Source of the DNA: Candidatus Aegiribacteria sp.
GTDB taxonomy: Bacteria; Fermentibacterota; Fermentibacteria; Fermentibacterales; JCC-6
Reading direction: 5' to 3'
Assembly: GCA_046498225.1 (NCBI GenBank)
Contig: JAWOBF010000043.1
Span: 28,636-92,635 of the forward strand
Length of the DNA stretch: 64,000 bases
Shown here: positions 38,669-49,058 of the stretch, in pieces
Numbering within the stretch: position 1 is the stretch's first letter
How the letters are laid out: each line of letters opens with the position of its first letter
Program-made: the position numbers and the translations under genes
The notes under the pieces: model-generated
Databases searched by the model: none
Told to the model about the DNA's origin: nothing
The model's input: only the letters and a program-made list of their open reading frames with translations

Positions 38669-39470
38669 TCCGTTCCTTCCATCGTTCAAGGGCGTCCTGA
38701 ATGGCCGGCAGTTCAACCCCTCTCGAGGTGCCGAGTTCCGAATAGAAGGGTCTGGGGGCATCAAGGTCAAGGTCGGCCCACTCCACGTACCGGACTTCGC
38801 CTCCGGTCTCGCCGGCCGCCAGGTCGGCCACTCGGGCCGGGGTCATGCCCGGCCTGTTGACCAGATGGAACACCCCGCTCCGGCCCTGTTCCATCAGCCC
38901 TATCATCGCCGCGGCCAGGTCAGGCGCGTATGTCAGGCAGGCCTGCTGATCGCTGACCGCCATCACCTTGCCCCCGCGGGAAAGACTTCTCCAGATGAAA
39001 GGGACCATGCCTTCCCTGTCCGAGAACATCCATGAAGTGCGGACCACGATATTACGGTGGCCGGACCCCAGCGCCTCAAATTCCCCCAGAAGCTTGCTCC
39101 TGCCGTACAGGTTCGCCGGAAGGGTCCTGTCATCCTCCAGGAAAGGCCTGCTGCGCCCCTTCTCCCCGGTGAAGACATGGTCCGTGGAAATGGTCAGCAG
39201 TCTTCTGCCGGCCGCGGCCAGGTTCGCCACTCCGTCCCGGTGAACCCTCATTGCCAGTTCCGGCTCCCTCTCGCACCTGTCCACATCGGTGACCGCGGCG
39301 CAGTTCACTATCCATGAAGGGTCCCAGGTATCCACCGCGGCCCGAACCGAATCGGCGGAAGTCACATCCAGACCGGGAAGGTCAGTGCCCGCCGCTCTTT
39401 CGCCCAGCAGCCGGAGAAGCGCCCTGCCCAGCTGTCCCGAGGCGCCTGTTATCAGGAATTCAGCTTTCAT
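38661..39470 (-). CDS. rmlD: dTDP-4-dehydrorhamnose reductase
   Basis: TGASGQLG, NCAAVTDVD, ISTDHVF, YGRSK, APRP. Confidence 0.9.
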   Translation of the reverse strand: MKAEFLITGASGQLGRALLRLLGERAAGTDLPGLDVTSADSVRAAVDTWDPSWIVNCAAVTDVDRCEREPELAMRVHRDGVANLAAAGRRLLTISTDHVFTGEKGRSRPFLEDDRTLPANLYGRSKLLGEFEALGSGHRNIVVRTSWMFSDREGMVPFIWRSLSRGGKVMAVSDQQACLTYAPDLAAAMIGLMEQGRSGVFHLVNRPGMTPARVADLAAGETGGEVRYVEWADLDLDAPRPFYSELGTSRGVELPAIQDALERWKERNV

Positions 39471-39636
39471 CTCAACTTTCTTCAGAACAGAGACGGCCTG
39501 GACTGAGGAGCCCTGACCGTCCGGGGTATCCCGGGTGGCCCGGGCTATGTATTCCTGGAACTATACGAAAGAAAGCGTGCTTAAGTAAATGGAAGCGGAA
39601 ACAGCAACCGGAAAGGGCGAAGGGGGAGAAGGTGGA

Positions 39637-40074
39637 ATGATGATCAGGGCGGTACTCCCGGCGCTGCTCCTTGTTCTCGTTCAGTCAGCTGCCAGGGGAG
39701 ATGAGGCGGCGGCGCTGAAGCGCTTGCTGAACATGGTGGAGACTTTCCAGGAGATGGGTGATGAGGTCATGGGGGAGCCGGTAACGGGAACACTGGCGCT
39801 TGGGGACACGGTCGACCTGGAACTGGCCCTGGACAGCAGTTTCATGTACCATGTCCACGTCTGGTCGGATTCCTATTTCAATATCCTGGACGTATGGCTC
39901 ACCGACCCGGGAGGTGAGCGGTGGGGTGTCGCCGGAGGGGACAACGCTTCCCTGGCCGTCTACCCGGACACCTCGGGAACCTGGACCCTGAACCTGCTTC
40001 TGCTGGAGGGCGCCTACTCCGACTCCGCCTCCTACGCCGCGGCCCTGTTCAGGGGGTGGCGCTATACCGATTGA
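39637..40074 (+). CDS. Exported hypothetical protein (beta-sandwich-like)
   Basis: Signal peptide MMIRAVLP...ARG; LDVWLTDPGG, GTWTL; only plus-strand gene in this stretch. Confidence 0.65.
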   Translation: MMIRAVLPALLLVLVQSAARGDEAAALKRLLNMVETFQEMGDEVMGEPVTGTLALGDTVDLELALDSSFMYHVHVWSDSYFNILDVWLTDPGGERWGVAGGDNASLAVYPDTSGTWTLNLLLLEGAYSDSASYAAALFRGWRYTD

Positions 40075-40721
40075 CCGCCTTCGGTTCCGCCGCCGGAGAT
40101 GATCTCCTCCGCCGAACTCTGTGGCAGGATGATAAGCTCAGCCGAGGACCCCTTGCCGCATCTCAGGACCGCGTGGACCGCGGGACCGCCCTTCCGTCCC
40201 ACCGGCTGAAGAGTCTCCGGACCCAGGTTCCAGGTCGAACAGCCAAGCATCATGACCGGGAGCATGGACGGTCTGCCCACCAGCAGGAAGCATCCGCCGG
40301 GAACGAGCAGGTGGGCCGCCGCTCTGATGAAATTCAGCACCAGAAGTTCCGAACCGGTCCTTGATACCGACCTGGAAGGGCAGGGGCTCACCCTGCCCCG
40401 CCCCGCAGAGGTAAAGGGGGGATTGCAGATTACAGCATCCGCGGCTTCCCCGGGAAGGGCCCGGGGTACGTCCTCCACCCTGCAGCAGACGGCATTGAGG
40501 CTTGAACTCCCGAAGGTACGCATCATCTCCGCCAGGGGGCGGGGACGGATATCTATACCTATCCACCGGCAACCGGGATTTTTTTCTGAAGCGGCTTCCA
40601 TGGCGCCGCCGGAGCCGCAGCCGAGGTCCACCACCGTTGAACCGGGAGGGACCGAGAGAAGGGAAGCAAGAAGGAGTGTATCGGTAGTTACCGGAGCTCC
40701 CGGGTCCCCTCCGCCTTCCAT
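40062..40721 (-). CDS. SAM-dependent N6-adenine methyltransferase (TrmN6-like)
   Basis: TTDTLLLA, DLGCGSG, CNPPF, LVPGG. Confidence 0.82.
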   Translation of the reverse strand: MEGGGDPGAPVTTDTLLLASLLSVPPGSTVVDLGCGSGGAMEAASEKNPGCRWIGIDIRPRPLAEMMRTFGSSSLNAVCCRVEDVPRALPGEAADAVICNPPFTSAGRGRVSPCPSRSVSRTGSELLVLNFIRAAAHLLVPGGCFLLVGRPSMLPVMMLGCSTWNLGPETLQPVGRKGGPAVHAVLRCGKGSSAELIILPQSSAEEIISGGGTEGGQSV

Positions 40722-41342
40722 CTACCTGAAGGTGGCCTTGGCCACGCCCCAGGTGTAGTACTCTCCGGTGTAGTCGTCGGGTCTGTAATCGTACCATCTC
40801 CTGATCGACCAGAGACCGTAGCTGTCCTCCACCATCAGGAACATCACCCTGCCTATGGCGGGGCTGTCCCAGCCGGCGTAGTCGCTTCCGGCGGCCACTA
40901 TCTGGTAATCCCTCCACAGCTCGGCGGAATCCGAAGGCGCCACCGGGTCCGGCAGCGTGGGCACCGTTTGCATCACCACGGACAGCAGGCTGTCCTCCGG
41001 CAGACCCGATCCCTCCACGGAGCTGTATATGTTCATCAGGGTGTTCTGCTCCACCTGGTAGTCCCATTCGCTGAAATCCCATGAGCCGCCGAACTCCGCT
41101 ATATCCGCTCCGTCGGCGATGAAGTAGTAGGATGAGTCGCAGCAGGCCATGGTTATCGATACAGACCGTCCCTCCATGGCGCTCTCCAGGTTCACTATGA
41201 CGGTTGTGGGGGAGTACGGCTGCTGCCACTGGATCTCTTCCCCGGGGTCCGGATCCTCCGGGTCCCTGGGGTCGAAGAAGGAGCAGGAAAGCAGCGTCGC
41301 GCATATGACCGCGAGCGTCATCTCAATGTACCGGTCTCTCAT
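40722..41342 (-). CDS. Hypothetical lipoprotein
   Basis: Lipobox LLSC, FDPRDPEDP; similar to 2517..3071. Confidence 0.75.
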   Translation of the reverse strand: MRDRYIEMTLAVICATLLSCSFFDPRDPEDPDPGEEIQWQQPYSPTTVIVNLESAMEGRSVSITMACCDSSYYFIADGADIAEFGGSWDFSEWDYQVEQNTLMNIYSSVEGSGLPEDSLLSVVMQTVPTLPDPVAPSDSAELWRDYQIVAAGSDYAGWDSPAIGRVMFLMVEDSYGLWSIRRWYDYRPDDYTGEYYTWGVAKATFR

Positions 41343-41354
41343 TCTCTCTCCCGA

Positions 41355-43181
41355 CTAGAACTGATAGTTCATGCCTACCGAGGCTTTCCAGTAGCTTTCC
41401 CTGTCGTCCCTGGAATAGAAGGAGCGGGTAACGTTCAGGTTCAGCGTACCGCTTCCGAGGTTCATCCTGGTCTTCAGTCCCACGTGATGTATGTGCTCCA
41501 CCCGCGACGGTATGCTCTGGGCCAGGTAATTCCTCCTCTGGTACTCCCAGGCGTAGCTGGGGGTCAGGCCGGTATTGCCGCTGACATGGAAACCCAGGTT
41601 CAGCTGGATCCTGTTGTTGATCACTTCTTCGGACCTAAGGAAGACGGAGTTGGTGTAGCTGCCCTGGTCCTGGAAACGGAACGTATGAGTTACGCCGAGG
41701 GCGGTGCTGTCCTGGGACACCCTCTGGAACGAGGTGTTGGTATTGACCCTCCTGAAGAGCAGGTCGTTGCCGGCGGAGGAGTACTCCGGAAAGAGGAAGG
41801 TTGTGTAATCCGCGCTGAGCTTGATCGATTCTTCAAGGGTCCAGTCCCCGCCGGCCGAGTATTCGAAGCCCGGCTCGAAGCTGTAGGTGGAGGACCTCTT
41901 GCTGTTGCCGGACTGCTCGGACATGATGTAGATGGTCTCCCTGCTCTGTCCCTGTATCACCGCGTTGAATGTAATCCTATCGCTCACAGGCAGCTCCGAA
42001 CTCAGCGAAAGCACCTGTCTTGTCTGGTCGTAGTCGTAATTGTCCGTATGCTCGATGCCCCATATATCCGTCCAGGTGCCGTAGGTATCACGCTTAAGAA
42101 GATGCACCGACCTGACGAAGGTGATGCGGCTTTCTCCCGGAGTATAATCCAGGGCCGCGGTGAACAGGCGGTCATCATCTATGTAGTAGGTATCGAACAG
42201 GGTTTCCACTCCGGTTGCGGTCCGCTTCTGGTCGACCCGGAGTATGTTCCTGGAGAGATTGAGGTTCAGCTTCACTTCATCCATTATCTGGTAACGGAGG
42301 GAGGATGATATGTCCCTGTTGTTCTCCGTCCTGTCCAGGATATCGTCCTGGCTGCCGGCCGAATCGGGGTCGGCATACTCGTAGAACCTGTCGGAATATC
42401 TCCATCCGGTGGCTACTTCCATGGACACGTTCTCCCAGGGTATCGGCACCACCATGGCCAGACCGCTGGAGAGATCGTCCTGTCTCTGCGTCCTGTTGGA
42501 ATCATTGTAGGTAATGAACAGCTTCGAGGCTCTTACCTGGGCATCCAGGCTGCCGCCCCTGAACTGCCGAGGAAAATCGTATCCTATGCGAACTGCGAGG
42601 TTGTCGTTCCCGGTATCCTTCTGGTAGCCCAGTGTCCTGCGCTCGGCGAAGGAGATGTTCCCGGCGAGGCCGGGCAGGATGTCCCGGTTCAGGGTGATAT
42701 CGGCGTTCCTCACTCCGCCCTCGTCGTAACCGGTTATTGTACTGTCGCCGGAGGGATTCATGTAGTCAACGAAATGGGCCCCCAGGCTCATGTTGACCGT
42801 GAGCCAGGAATTCGGTCTGTAGCGGATCTGCCCGGAGGTGGTGTTGTTCAGCTGGTCCCTGATGATCTCCCCGTTCTTCTCCTCGGAGCTGACCGTGCGT
42901 GACAGGTTCAGGCCGAGTTCGATGCCCCGGGCGGGAACGAAGGTGAGATTCGCGTTGCCCGTCCTGCCGTCCAGAAACCTGTCCAGGTCCTGGTTCTTCT
43001 CACCGGTGAACGTGGCGGTGGCGTTCATGGATATCCTGCTGGTGAGCTGCTGTTGAAGGGAGAGGGAGTTCATCAGCTTCATCCTGTCCTTGAACTGGTC
43101 GAGTTCCACGTTGTAGCCGATGGTCACCCCTCCCGCAACGCCGGCGAGGGTAAGGAGAGCCAGCAGCGCCGGGGTCCTCAT
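41355..43181 (-). CDS. Hypothetical outer-membrane beta-barrel protein
   Basis: Signal peptide; S/T/N-rich alternating strands; terminal VGMNYQF beta-signal. Confidence 0.72.
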   Translation of the reverse strand: MRTPALLALLTLAGVAGGVTIGYNVELDQFKDRMKLMNSLSLQQQLTSRISMNATATFTGEKNQDLDRFLDGRTGNANLTFVPARGIELGLNLSRTVSSEEKNGEIIRDQLNNTTSGQIRYRPNSWLTVNMSLGAHFVDYMNPSGDSTITGYDEGGVRNADITLNRDILPGLAGNISFAERRTLGYQKDTGNDNLAVRIGYDFPRQFRGGSLDAQVRASKLFITYNDSNRTQRQDDLSSGLAMVVPIPWENVSMEVATGWRYSDRFYEYADPDSAGSQDDILDRTENNRDISSSLRYQIMDEVKLNLNLSRNILRVDQKRTATGVETLFDTYYIDDDRLFTAALDYTPGESRITFVRSVHLLKRDTYGTWTDIWGIEHTDNYDYDQTRQVLSLSSELPVSDRITFNAVIQGQSRETIYIMSEQSGNSKRSSTYSFEPGFEYSAGGDWTLEESIKLSADYTTFLFPEYSSAGNDLLFRRVNTNTSFQRVSQDSTALGVTHTFRFQDQGSYTNSVFLRSEEVINNRIQLNLGFHVSGNTGLTPSYAWEYQRRNYLAQSIPSRVEHIHHVGLKTRMNLGSGTLNLNVTRSFYSRDDRESYWKASVGMNYQF

Positions 43182-43996
43182 GACAGCTTCTCCGCCATGG
43201 AGAGGAACTTGTCCGGGGGTATCTGCTCCGCCCTGCGGCCGGGCGCTACACCGGCGTCCTTCAGAAGGGCCAGAGCTTCATCCCTGCCCAGTGCGGCCTT
43301 CAGATTGTTCAGAATGGTCTTCCTCCTCATGGAGAAGGATACCTTCACAAGCCTTCTGTACACCGCGAAATCATCCGTGTTCAGCAGCGGCTCCTCTCTC
43401 CTTTTCAGTACAACGACCCTGGAATGCACCTCCGGGACCGGATAGAAATCCTCGGGCCCCGCGTCCAGCAGCGTCTCCACCAAGAACAGGGGCCAGAACT
43501 GAAGTGAAAGTTTACCGTAATCCTTTCCGCCGTCAAGGGCCGCCAGTCTCGCCGCCACCTCTCTCTGCAGCATCAGGACCGCAGTGCGGACGTCCCGGAA
43601 CCCATCTTCAAGCAGCCGGAAGAGTATGGGAGAGGAGATGGAATAGGGCAGGTTTCCGGCAAGGACGGCAAAAGGGAATCCGGGAAGAGAAGCGGGGTCC
43701 ACCCGCAGAAAATCGGAATTGACCACGTTCACGGCATCCCCCCGGAACCTGTCCAGAAGAAAATCGGACATCCTCGCGGATATCTCCACCAGGGTCAGCT
43801 CCGCGCATCTTTGAACCAGCCTCTCAGTCAGGGCCCCGAATCCGGGGCCCACCTCCAGGACGCTCTCCCCCCGGGGAACGGCGGCGGCGATACCGGCGGC
43901 GATTGACGGGTTGACCAGGAAGTTCTGCCCCAGGTTCCTGTCCGGAGACAGTCCCGCCTTCCTCAGGTTCCGTCTCAGCCGGGTGAGCAGCATCAT
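43178..43996 (-). CDS. rsmA: 16S rRNA adenine dimethyltransferase
   Basis: LGQNFL, EVGPGFGALT, GNLPYSISS, MLQREVA, RRK. Confidence 0.96.
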   Translation of the reverse strand: MMLLTRLRRNLRKAGLSPDRNLGQNFLVNPSIAAGIAAAVPRGESVLEVGPGFGALTERLVQRCAELTLVEISARMSDFLLDRFRGDAVNVVNSDFLRVDPASLPGFPFAVLAGNLPYSISSPILFRLLEDGFRDVRTAVLMLQREVAARLAALDGGKDYGKLSLQFWPLFLVETLLDAGPEDFYPVPEVHSRVVVLKRREEPLLNTDDFAVYRRLVKVSFSMRRKTILNNLKAALGRDEALALLKDAGVAPGRRAEQIPPDKFLSMAEKLS

Positions 43997-45348
43997 CTCA
44001 CCCTGAAGGGGAGGTCGAGTTCTTCCGCGAGCTTTCCGACCGCGTCCATGTCCACTCCGGGGTACCTGACCGCCGTTGCCCTGATCCCCACACGTCCCCC
44101 GGCCAGTTCAAGGAATTCCATCAGGCTTTCCCACGCGCCGCGGCCGGAGGGCCTGCATATCCTGTCGTATTCCTCCATGGAGGAGGCGTTCAGGCTGACG
44201 CTGACCGTGTGGAAAGGCTCCAGCATCCTCAGGGTCTCCCGGCGGGACAGCCTCTGAAGGCAGGTTCCATTGGTGTTCAGCCGCACCCTGTACCCTTTTC
44301 CGGCCGCGGAGCGGGCAAGCTCTTCCAGCAGGAGGTGCCTCATGGTTGGTTCCCCGTACCCGCAGAAAACCAGCTCCCGTCCCGACCCGGGCGGAAGAAA
44401 GCCGACCAGCGCCCTGAGCCTGTCCGGGTCGGGCTCGTGATGATGCCTCAGGTAGTAACCCCCCAGTCCGTCGGTCCTGTCGCGGATGCAGAACCTGCAG
44501 TGATTGGAGCAGAGGCCGGTTATGTTCAGGTAGAGGTTACCGTACAGTTCGTAGATGAGATCGGTCCTTCGAGGGTCTTCCAGCTGAAAGGCCCGCATGG
44601 AGTTCCGCATGAGGATCCGCGCAGTCTCATCCAGATCCTGTTCCAGCACTTCGGAAAGGGTCTCGGCCACGTGGACCAGGTATGCCGGTTCGTTCCTGCG
44701 CCCCCTTACCGGCTCCGGGGAAAGGAAGGGTGAATCGGTCTCTATCAGTATCCTGTCCCGCGGTAGAGCCGCGGCCAGCTCTCTCAGCCTTCCGTTGGCC
44801 CTGTATGTAATCGGGCCGGTGAAACCTATGTAGAATCCTCTTTCCGCGGCCCTGAGAGCATGTTCCGAAGGGCCGGTGTAGCAGTGCATTATCACGGGGA
44901 CGGAGGGTTCCCCGCCCAGAACTTCCAGAACCTCGGCCTCAGCGCTCCGCGAATGCACCACCAGGGTAAGGCCGAATGCCCCGGCCATTCGGACATGTTC
45001 GGCGAAACATTCCCTCTGCCGTTTTTCGGCTGATCTGTCACGGTACAGGTCCATGCCGGTCTCACCCACGGCTACCACACCAGGGGATACCAGCATTCCG
45101 GTTAACTTCCCCATTTCTTCGGCCCAGCCTTCGCCGCAGTGGCCCGGATGGATACCGGCGGCGGCGAAGATACCGCTTCGCACATCGGCCATGGCCTCCG
45201 CCAACCTGCTTGTGTCCAGGGTAATGCCCGGGATCATGAAACGGTTGACCCCGGATCTCCTGGCCGAGTCCATGACCCGGTCCGGGTCATCGTCGAACCG
45301 GTTGTGGAACAGGTGGCAGTGAGTGTCGAAAAGCCCTACGTTCTCCAG
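43993..45348 (-). CDS. tatD: TatD nuclease fused to a TatD-associated radical SAM domain
   Basis: DTHCH, GETGMD, HSR, HCY, ETDSPFL; then YLNIT..CSNHCRFC and FCGYGEP; probable CTG start 45348. Confidence 0.92.
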   Translation of the reverse strand: MENVGLFDTHCHLFHNRFDDDPDRVMDSARRSGVNRFMIPGITLDTSRLAEAMADVRSGIFAAAGIHPGHCGEGWAEEMGKLTGMLVSPGVVAVGETGMDLYRDRSAEKRQRECFAEHVRMAGAFGLTLVVHSRSAEAEVLEVLGGEPSVPVIMHCYTGPSEHALRAAERGFYIGFTGPITYRANGRLRELAAALPRDRILIETDSPFLSPEPVRGRRNEPAYLVHVAETLSEVLEQDLDETARILMRNSMRAFQLEDPRRTDLIYELYGNLYLNITGLCSNHCRFCIRDRTDGLGGYYLRHHHEPDPDRLRALVGFLPPGSGRELVFCGYGEPTMRHLLLEELARSAAGKGYRVRLNTNGTCLQRLSRRETLRMLEPFHTVSVSLNASSMEEYDRICRPSGRGAWESLMEFLELAGGRVGIRATAVRYPGVDMDAVGKLAEELDLPFRVR

Positions 45349-46610
45349 ATCAGATCCTCTCTCGCGGGTCCTGTGGAGACGGCCCTGACCGGTACCCCCA
45401 TGATGTTCTCTATGAAGAGCACGTAGCTCCTGGCATTCTCCGGCAGGGCGTTCCAGCTGCGCTCCCCGGTGATATCCTCGGTCCACCCGGGAAGGGTCTC
45501 GTACACCGGAATGTGCTTGCCCAGTCTGGCCCCTGTTTCGAAAAGGTTGAGGTCTATCTCCGGATCAAGCTCGTACTTCTTGCACACTTTCAGCTCCGGA
45601 AAACCGCTGAGCACGTCAAGCAGGGTGAGAACCGTCCAGGAGCTTCCGTTTATTCTTGCGGCATAGCTGGCGAGCACCGCGTCGAACCATCCGCATCGCC
45701 GCGGTCTTCCCGTGGTGGCGCCGTACTCGTTGCCCCGCTCCCTCATCATGTCCCCGATATCCCCGGTGAGCTCCGTGGGAAAGGGACCGTTCCCCACCCT
45801 GGTGGTGTAGGCTTTCATGATGCCCACCACCTCGTCGATCATCAGAGGACCTATGCCCAGGCTCACGCAGGCGGCACCGGAAACGCAGGACCCGCAGGTA
45901 ACGAACGGGTAGGTCCCGTGGTCGGGATCCAGCAGGGTCCCCTGGGCTCCCTCGGCGATGACGGTGCCGTCGGAATCGAGTATCCTGGATATCACCATTG
46001 ACACGTCGCTGGCCCTGGTCACCAGCTCCAGTGAACGGTCCTGGAAGACCTCCGCCTCGTCCCTGAGAGCTCGGGCTTCGCCCTCCTCCAGCTCCAGGTC
46101 CCGGATGCACTCCTCCGTCATTCCGGATGACCTTTCGATGAAGATTTCCGGTACCGCGGCGTCCTCCAGCCTCAGTCCCGTTCGGGCGAACTTCCGCACG
46201 TAGGTGGGTCCGATGCCACGGCCGGTAGTGCCCACCGGGGAGTCTCCGAGTTCCCTCTCGCCGGCCCTCTCCCGGTATCTCGCCGCGGGATGCACCAGGT
46301 GGACTTTCCCGGAGATGATGAGCCGGTCGGACACCTCGAAACCCTCCTCCTCCAGCCCTCCCATCTCTTCGCGCAGGGAGACCGGGTCAAGGACGCACGA
46401 GGCTCCGATGATGCCCAGCACTCCCGGGCGGAGGAGACCGCTGGGAAGCTGATGAAGCGCTATCCTTCGGCCGCCGGTCTCCACCGTATGACCGGCGTTG
46501 GCCCCGCCTGAGAATCTGGCCACCGCCGCGGCGTTCTCCGCCAGATGGTCCACCATCTTGCCCTTGCCCTCGTCGCCCCACTGAAGCCCTGTTACTACGG
46601 TTGCCGGCAT
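45336..46610 (-). CDS. purA: Adenylosuccinate synthetase
   Basis: QWGDEGKG, GANAGHT, GTTGRGIGP, EGAQG, TTGRPRRCGW. Confidence 0.97.
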   Translation of the reverse strand: MPATVVTGLQWGDEGKGKMVDHLAENAAAVARFSGGANAGHTVETGGRRIALHQLPSGLLRPGVLGIIGASCVLDPVSLREEMGGLEEEGFEVSDRLIISGKVHLVHPAARYRERAGERELGDSPVGTTGRGIGPTYVRKFARTGLRLEDAAVPEIFIERSSGMTEECIRDLELEEGEARALRDEAEVFQDRSLELVTRASDVSMVISRILDSDGTVIAEGAQGTLLDPDHGTYPFVTCGSCVSGAACVSLGIGPLMIDEVVGIMKAYTTRVGNGPFPTELTGDIGDMMRERGNEYGATTGRPRRCGWFDAVLASYAARINGSSWTVLTLLDVLSGFPELKVCKKYELDPEIDLNLFETGARLGKHIPVYETLPGWTEDITGERSWNALPENARSYVLFIENIMGVPVRAVSTGPAREDLIWRT

Positions 46611-46638
46611 GTCATCCCTTTCGTATGTCCGGCGGATC

Positions 46639-47205
46639 TCACGTCGCCGCCTGGAATATCCATTTCCTCAGCTCCCGGAGTCCCTGCCCGGAAACCGATG
46701 ATACCGGTATGACCGGCCCCATATCCTGTGCCTTCCGGGCGGATGACGCAAGCTTGCCTCTCTTCAGCTTGTCGGCTTTGGTAAGCGCTATGATATACGG
46801 CCTGCCCCTCTCCCTGAGGAAATCGCTCATCTGAACGTCGCTGGGCAGGCAGGGATGCCTGGCGTCCGCCAGCAGTATCACTCCTCTAAGGGGCACTCTC
46901 TCCATGAGGTATTCCGCTATCCAGCCGACCCAGCGGTCCCTTTCCTTCTCGGGAGCCTTTGCGTACCCATAGCCCGGCAGGTCCACGAAATAGAAGCCGC
47001 CGGCGACGGAATAGAGGTTCAGGAACTGGGTGCAGCCGGGTCTTGCGCTGGTCCTGGCCACCTGACGGCTTCCGGCCAGACTGTTGAGCAGGGAGGACTT
47101 CCCCACGTTGGACCTGCCCGCCAGGCAGATCTCGGGAAGACCGTCCGCGGGAAGGTGGTCCGGCCCGGGACAGCTTCTGACGAAACTTATGTCCAGGGAC
47201 GGCAT
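46639..47205 (-). CDS. engB: Ribosome biogenesis GTPase YihA/YsxC
   Basis: GRSNVGKSS, DLPGYGYA, TKADK; follows clpX. Confidence 0.95.
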   Translation of the reverse strand: MPSLDISFVRSCPGPDHLPADGLPEICLAGRSNVGKSSLLNSLAGSRQVARTSARPGCTQFLNLYSVAGGFYFVDLPGYGYAKAPEKERDRWVGWIAEYLMERVPLRGVILLADARHPCLPSDVQMSDFLRERGRPYIIALTKADKLKRGKLASSARKAQDMGPVIPVSSVSGQGLRELRKWIFQAAT

Positions 47206-47217
47206 CAGGCGACCATA

Positions 47218-48462
47218 TCAGCCGGCTCTGCCCGATTCTTTCTTTCCGGACTTCACGACCACCGGTTTGGCCTGACCCCTTACCACTTCCGGTGAAATGA
47301 TCAGTTTTCTCACGTCGGTCAGTCCCGGCAGGTCGTACATGGGTTCGAGCAGGACGTTCTCGATAACCGAGCGAAGTCCCCTGGCGCCGCTTCCCGCTTC
47401 CCGGGCCTTTTGCGCTATCTCCTCCAGGGCTCCCTCCGCGAACTCCAGCTCAACGTCCTCCAGTTCGAAGAGGTACTGGTACTGGCGCACCAGAGCGTTC
47501 CTGGGCTGTGTCAGGACCTTCACCAGATCCTCCGTGTCGAGGTCGTCCAGCGCCACCAGCACCGGAAGTCTTCCCACCAGCTCAGGCACCAGACCGTACT
47601 TGACCAGGTCGTGCGATTCCACCCGGGCCAGAATGCCCGCGGAATCGGCGGCCACGGGTCCGGGGTCCGGGCTGAAGCCCATCGCGTTCTTCTTCACGCG
47701 CCTCTCGACAATGCTGTTCAGCCCGTTGAAAGCGCCTCCGCATATGAAAAGGATGTTCCCGGTATCGATGAGGATGTTGTCCTGATAGGGATGCTTTCTG
47801 CCTCCCTGGGGGGGGACGCTGGCAACGGTGCCCTCGATTATCTTGAGAAGCGCCTGCTGTACGCCCTCGCCGGAAACGTCACGGGTGATGGAGGGGTTCT
47901 CCGATTTCCTTGATATCTTGTCTATCTCGTCGATGTAGATAATGCCCTGCTGAGCAGTTGGAACGTCCATGTCCGTGACCTGCAGAAGGCGCAGGAGGAT
48001 GTTCTCCACGTCCTCTCCCACGTATCCCGCCTCTGTCAGTGTGGTGGCGTCCGCTATGGCGAACGGCACGTCCAGTATCCTGGCCAGGGTCCGCGCCAGA
48101 AGGGTCTTTCCAACCCCGGTGGGTCCGAGGAGCAGGATGTTGCTCTTCTCCAGCTCCACGTCCCCCGCGTCCCTGGATGACCTGAGACGCTTGTAGTGAT
48201 TGTAGACAGCCACCGAAAGGACTTTCTTGGCCAGCTCCTGCCCCACCACGTAATCATCCAGCCGCAGTTTTATCTCGGCCGGCGTGGGCAGGTCCTCCCT
48301 GAGCAGCTCGGGAACCTCCATCATCTGTTCCGACTCCAGGTCCACCAGTTCGCTGCAGTACCTTATGCACTCGTCGCAGATGTGTACTCCCGGTCCCTGT
48401 ATCAGCTGGTTGACCTCACCTATCGGTCTTCCGCAGAAAGAACACTTCTTCTCTTTACCCAT
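47218..48462 (-). CDS. clpX: Clp protease ATP-binding subunit
   Basis: CSFC/CDEC zinc domain, [27 protein letters not shown]. Confidence 0.98.
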   Translation of the reverse strand: MGKEKKCSFCGRPIGEVNQLIQGPGVHICDECIRYCSELVDLESEQMMEVPELLREDLPTPAEIKLRLDDYVVGQELAKKVLSVAVYNHYKRLRSSRDAGDVELEKSNILLLGPTGVGKTLLARTLARILDVPFAIADATTLTEAGYVGEDVENILLRLLQVTDMDVPTAQQGIIYIDEIDKISRKSENPSITRDVSGEGVQQALLKIIEGTVASVPPQGGRKHPYQDNILIDTGNILFICGGAFNGLNSIVERRVKKNAMGFSPDPGPVAADSAGILARVESHDLVKYGLVPELVGRLPVLVALDDLDTEDLVKVLTQPRNALVRQYQYLFELEDVELEFAEGALEEIAQKAREAGSGARGLRSVIENVLLEPMYDLPGLTDVRKLIISPEVVRGQAKPVVVKSGKKESGRAG

Positions 48463-48473
48463 ATCCAATCCCG

Positions 48474-49058
48474 TCAGCTCCTCGAGGACAGAACGTTATC
48501 CACGATACCGTACTCCACGGCCTCCTGAGCGTCCATCCAGTAGTTCCTGTCGGAGTCCTTCTCTATTCTATCGAGGGGCTGTCCCGTGTGCCTTGAGAGG
48601 ATCTCGTTCAGCTTCTCCCTCAATTTCAGTATCTCCCGGGCCTGTATCTCTATATCACTGGCCTGTCCCTGGGCTCCGCCCATGGGCTGGTGTATCATCA
48701 CCCTGGCGTGGGGAAGTATGTTCCTCTTCCCCTTCTCACCTGCCGCCAGAAGAACCGCCGCCATGCTGGCCGCCGTGCCCATGCAGAATGTTGCGATAGG
48801 AGGCTTTATGAACTGCATGGTATCGTATATGGCCAGTCCGGAGGAGATTATTCCACCGGGGCTGCTGATGTACATGTTTATGTCCTTCTTGGAATCCTCC
48901 CCCTCCAGGAACAGCAGCTGGGCGACTATCAGGCTGGCCGACTGGCTGCCGAGGGAATCTCCCACGAAGATTATCCGCTCCTTGAGAAGACGGGAATAGA
49001 TGTCGTAGGACCTCTCCCTGTTGCCTTCCCGCTCCACCACAAATGGTACGAATGACAT
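48474..49058 (-). CDS. clpP: Clp protease proteolytic subunit
   Basis: [25 protein letters not shown]. Confidence 0.98.
   Translation of the reverse strand: MSFVPFVVEREGNRERSYDIYSRLLKERIIFVGDSLGSQSASLIVAQLLFLEGEDSKKDINMYISSPGGIISSGLAIYDTMQFIKPPIATFCMGTAASMAAVLLAAGEKGKRNILPHARVMIHQPMGGAQGQASDIEIQAREILKLREKLNEILSRHTGQPLDRIEKDSDRNYWMDAQEAVEYGIVDNVLSSRS

Noticed and set aside
39509..39546. GC-rich hairpin in the divergent gap upstream of rmlD as SRP RNA or riboswitch
   Set aside because: Lacks the SRP helix-8 consensus and any recognisable aptamer; a single imperfect stem in GC-rich DNA
40138..41304. 388-aa minus-strand ORF bridging the lipoprotein and methyltransferase genes
   Set aside because: Alternative frame, Arg/Gly-rich, no motifs; both underlying genes are complete
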